A stretch of 64,000 bases of DNA, taken from Chloroflexota bacterium (GTDB lineage Bacteria; Chloroflexota; Anaerolineae; Aggregatilineales; UBA3940). This document shows positions 61,016 to 64,000 of the stretch, piece by piece (position 1 is the first letter of the stretch; each line of letters starts with the position of its first letter). A program made the position numbers and the translations under genes. The stretch spans positions 12,002 through 76,001 of the forward strand of contig JAZIGM010000048.1 in NCBI GenBank assembly GCA_036679085.1, written 5' to 3'. The notes under the pieces are model-generated. The model was not told where the DNA came from. It saw only the letters and a list, made by a program, of their open reading frames with translations, and searched no databases.

Positions 61016-63439
61016 TCAGCTTGTCGGCTGGAAGTGCACCACCGTCACACCCTCGCCGCCCTCGTTGCCGGGCGCGCTCTGATAGTCCTTGATCAGCGGG
61101 TGGCCCCTCAGTATATCGTGGATGGCCCGGCGCAGCGTGCCGGAGCCTTTGCCGTGCACGATGCGCACCCAGGGCAGCCCGGCAAGGTACGCCTGATCGA
61201 TGTACTCCTCGACGCGCGGCAGCGCCTCGTCACGCGTCATGCCGATGAGGTGCAGTTCCAGGCCGGGGCTCTCCGCCTGCGGGCGCTTCACGCCGCTCAT
61301 GCCGCGCTCGGCTTCGGGCTTGCGCTTCTTCTTGCGCCCGATGAACTCCACCGAGTCCGCCGCGACCTTCACGCGGAAGGTGCCGACCTGCACCTCGACC
61401 TCACCGTTGCCCACACTGAGCACCTCACCCTCGGCGTTCAGCGAGGGCACAAACACCCGGTCGCCGGGCCGCAGTTCGCCCGCCTCGCGCGGCTCCTCAC
61501 GCGGCTCGGACTTCGGCACCTGCTTTGCGGCACGCCGGACGGGCTCCTGCACCACGTCCTCAAGGGCAGCGATATCCCGCTCGATCTCGGCCAGCTTTTC
61601 GCGGGCGGCGGCACTCTCGCGCTGGAGGCTCGGCGGGATGGCGCGGATGAGCCGTCTCAACTCGCGGACCTCCTCGCGCACCATCTCAAGTTCCTGCTCC
61701 GCCTGGCGACGGGCCTCCTCGACGATCTGCTGGCGCTCCTCCTCGATCTGGTCGAGGCGCTCCTGCAGCCGGTCGCGCAGGATCTGCGCCTCGTGCTCGG
61801 CGCGGTTCATGCGCCGCTCGGACTCGAGGGCTTCCTCACGCGCCCGGTGGATCTCGTCGAGCAGGTCGTCGGCGGTGAGGTCTTCCGCGCCGACGTAGCT
61901 CCGTGCCATGTCGAGGATGTGCTCCGGCAGGCCGAGCCGCTGCGAGATCAGGATGGCGTTCGAGCGTCCCGGCAGCCCGATGATCAGCCGGTAGGTCGGC
62001 CTGAGCGTCTTCACATCGAACTCGACGCTGGCGTTCGTCACGCCCCTGGTGCTGTGCGCATACAGCTTCAGTTCCGGGTAGTGCGTGGCGACGAAGGTCG
62101 TCACGCCCCGGTCGAGCAGGTCGTTCAGGATGGCACGGGCGATAGCCGCGCCCTCGGTGGGGTCGGTGCCCGCACCCAGCTCATCGAGCAGCACCAGCGA
62201 GCGGTCGTTTGCCGCCTCGAGGATCTGGATAATGTGTGTCATGTGCGCGGAGAACGTGCTCAGCGACTGCTCGATGCTCTGCTCGTCGCCGATGTCGGCA
62301 TAGACTGCCTCGAACACGCTCAACTCCGACTCAGGCGCCGCCGGGATGTGCAGGCCACACTGCGCCATTAGCGCCAGCAGCCCGACCGTCTTCAGCGTGA
62401 CGGTCTTGCCGCCGGTGTTCGGCCCGGTGATGACCAGCACGTAGGTATCGTCGTCCAGCACCGCGTCGATGGGCACGACCTGCTGCGGGTCGATGAGCGG
62501 GTGCCGGGCGTTGTACAGCTTGATCGTGCTGCCGGGGAAGCGCTCCTCGTCCCACTCGACGAGCGTGGGCGGGTGCGCCCGCAGCGTGCTTGCGTACTTG
62601 GCCTTCGCAAACGCCGCGTCAAGCTGCGCCAGCGCCTCGACCGACCACGTGATCGGCTCGGCGTGCTCACCGACGAGCAGGCTCAACTCGCGCAGAATGC
62701 GCTCGATCTCCGTCTGTTCCGCGACCTCAAGCTCGCGGATGCGGTTGTTGATCTCAACCGTCACCTCCGGCTCGATGAACACCGTCGCCCCGGAAGAAGA
62801 CTGGTCGTGCACGATGCCCTTGATGCGCCCTTTGGCCTCCGCCCGCAGCGGGATCACGTAGCGCCCGTTGCGCTGCGTGATGATGGCCTCCTGCAGATAG
62901 GGCGCGTAGCGGCTGCTCTGGATGATGCTTTGCAGGCGGCTGTGCAGCCGGTCATGCTGGACGCGCAGCTCGTGCCGGATAGACGCCAGCGCCGGGCTGG
63001 CGGAGTCCAACACCTCACCCTGCTCGCTGATCGCGCGGTCGATGGCGGCGACCACCGGCTTGCCCTCGTACAGCGCCCCGGCGATCTCCGCAAGCAACGG
63101 AAAGCGCTCGGCGACCTTCTCGATGGTAGCCTTCAGCGCGCCGCCCGCCTGCAGCGTCGCCTTGATCTCAAGGAAGTGCTCCGGCAGCAGCGGTATGCCA
63201 CGGGCCGCCCGCCCGACGTGCCCGCGCACGTCCCGCGCCCCGCCGACCGTCACCTGGCTGTTCTCCTCGAGCAGTTGGCGCGCCTCGCTCGTCTCCTGCA
63301 GGCGGCGGCGCGCCTCGTCCAGCCGGTTGGTCGGCTCAAGCCGCTCCAGCAACTCGCGGCTGGCCGAGAAAGCGGCATATTCCGCGAGACGGGCAAGCAC
63401 CTTATCCAGTTCGAGCTTGTTTAGCGTTTTACGATCCAT
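61016..63439 (-). CDS. mutS2: Endonuclease MutS2 (MutS domain plus C-terminal Smr)
   Basis: 807 aa. GPNTGGKT Walker A, LLDELGAGTDP, C-terminal Smr (LHLIGMTRDEAL..RIVHGKGSGTLR). Confidence 0.9.
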   Translation of the reverse strand: MDRKTLNKLELDKVLARLAEYAAFSASRELLERLEPTNRLDEARRRLQETSEARQLLEENSQVTVGGARDVRGHVGRAARGIPLLPEHFLEIKATLQAGGALKATIEKVAERFPLLAEIAGALYEGKPVVAAIDRAISEQGEVLDSASPALASIRHELRVQHDRLHSRLQSIIQSSRYAPYLQEAIITQRNGRYVIPLRAEAKGRIKGIVHDQSSSGATVFIEPEVTVEINNRIRELEVAEQTEIERILRELSLLVGEHAEPITWSVEALAQLDAAFAKAKYASTLRAHPPTLVEWDEERFPGSTIKLYNARHPLIDPQQVVPIDAVLDDDTYVLVITGPNTGGKTVTLKTVGLLALMAQCGLHIPAAPESELSVFEAVYADIGDEQSIEQSLSTFSAHMTHIIQILEAANDRSLVLLDELGAGTDPTEGAAIARAILNDLLDRGVTTFVATHYPELKLYAHSTRGVTNASVEFDVKTLRPTYRLIIGLPGRSNAILISQRLGLPEHILDMARSYVGAEDLTADDLLDEIHRAREEALESERRMNRAEHEAQILRDRLQERLDQIEEERQQIVEEARRQAEQELEMVREEVRELRRLIRAIPPSLQRESAAAREKLAEIERDIAALEDVVQEPVRRAAKQVPKSEPREEPREAGELRPGDRVFVPSLNAEGEVLSVGNGEVEVQVGTFRVKVAADSVEFIGRKKKRKPEAERGMSGVKRPQAESPGLELHLIGMTRDEALPRVEEYIDQAYLAGLPWVRIVHGKGSGTLRRAIHDILRGHPLIKDYQSAPGNEGGEGVTVVHFQPTS

Positions 63440-63505
63440 TTCCGGTCGATTCTAAGCCGGCCCGTCGTGGCCGGCTTGTCGTGATTGTTATGAGCCGCCG
63501 CGCGG

Positions 63506-63880
63506 CTAGTCTTTTCGCGCTCTTCTAGCTTCGTTCGCCTCTGCCTGTGCCTTCAGGACTGTCTGTATCGCTGCGGTCGGCACTTCCTCATCGTACCTGA
63601 TCTGTACGGTTCTCTTCCCGGTCTTGTAACCTTGATCTTCAAACATCTGGCGGTGTTCGCTTTGAAGCTCATCCGCCCAGATTTCAAGGGTGACGTGGTT
63701 CTTGTACGCGGTAACCCCGGCAACCATACCGTGATACCTGTACCAGGGCACGCCCCATCTGATAGCTTCCTCTGCTTCCGGCAGGGTCGCCTTGACGATT
63801 TGCCGGATTTCTCTGAGGTGCGGCTGTGCCTTTTCGTCTGAGCTGGCAATGTACGAATCAACGTCGTTCGGCTTATCCAT
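63506..63880 (-). CDS. DUF1801 (YdhG-like) domain protein
   Basis: 124 aa. ..VDSYIAS..PHLREIRQIVKATLPEAEE..WGVPWYRYHG.. is the typical DUF1801 layout. Confidence 0.7.
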   Translation of the reverse strand: MDKPNDVDSYIASSDEKAQPHLREIRQIVKATLPEAEEAIRWGVPWYRYHGMVAGVTAYKNHVTLEIWADELQSEHRQMFEDQGYKTGKRTVQIRYDEEVPTAAIQTVLKAQAEANEARRARKD

Positions 63881-63931
63881 TACGCCTCTTTTCTTTACAT
63901 CCCGAACTCCGTGATTCTAACACACTGCCGC

Positions 63932-64000
63932 TCATTCATCTTCATCCCGGTCAAGCTCCTCAAGCGGCACCGTCATGCCGAGGATACTCCAGCCGGCATC
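63932..64000 (-). CDS. 3' end of an unidentified CDS entering from the right edge
   Basis: The minus frame reads ..DAGWSILGMTVPLEELDRDEDE-stop. Too short to identify. Confidence 0.3.
   Translation of the reverse strand, partial: DAGWSILGMTVPLEELDRDEDE

Noticed and set aside
1-64000. tRNA, rRNA, tmRNA, RNase P or transposase genes
   Set aside because: I scanned the intergenic regions by eye for T-loop (GTTCGAATC-like) and other conserved cores. I also scanned the ORF translations for DDE, serine or tyrosine recombinase motifs. None was found, but a visual scan has limited sensitivity.

Overview
High-GC bacterial chromosomal segment (by eye well above 60% G+C). Gene content suggests Chloroflexota, but this is inference only: F420 genes, class II HMG-CoA reductase with archaeal-type HMG-CoA synthase and DUF35, and Pro/Thr/Glu-rich linkers on many lipoproteins. 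I saw no rRNA, tRNA, CRISPR array, transposase or integrase. Positions 1-28651 are 25 consecutive minus-strand genes forming a purine/urate catabolic supercluster. It holds an XdhD/YgfM-like Mo-hydroxylase, SsnA, YgeW-like carbamoyltransferase, YgeY, a HyuA-like hydantoinase, carbamate kinase, adenine deaminase, a guanine/8-oxoguanine-deaminase-like amidohydrolase, a BMP-type nucleoside ABC importer and FolD. A coenzyme F420 operon (fno-cofE-nitroreductase-cofD-cofC-LLM oxidoreductase) sits between ssnA and ygfM/xdhD, the position that ygfK occupies in E. coli. This F420/purine link is the most interesting candidate for an undescribed system. The right 35 kb is mixed: a dihydroorotase-like enzyme, a geranylgeranyl reductase/GT2 pair, a response regulator, pcp, a mevalonate cluster (mvaA, HMGS, DUF35 plus a truncated Zn-ribbon paralogue), rpsA, murA, FtcD, MutS2, an M23 peptidase and many hypothetical membrane proteins or lipoproteins. 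A polysaccharide deacetylase gene and murA each carry a single-nt frameshift. Several intergenic hairpin-repeat families, extended -10 promoters and candidate leaderless starts are visible. All product calls come from reading the translated ORFs and recalled family motifs. No database search was run. Coordinates of small DNA motifs may be off by 1-2 nt.
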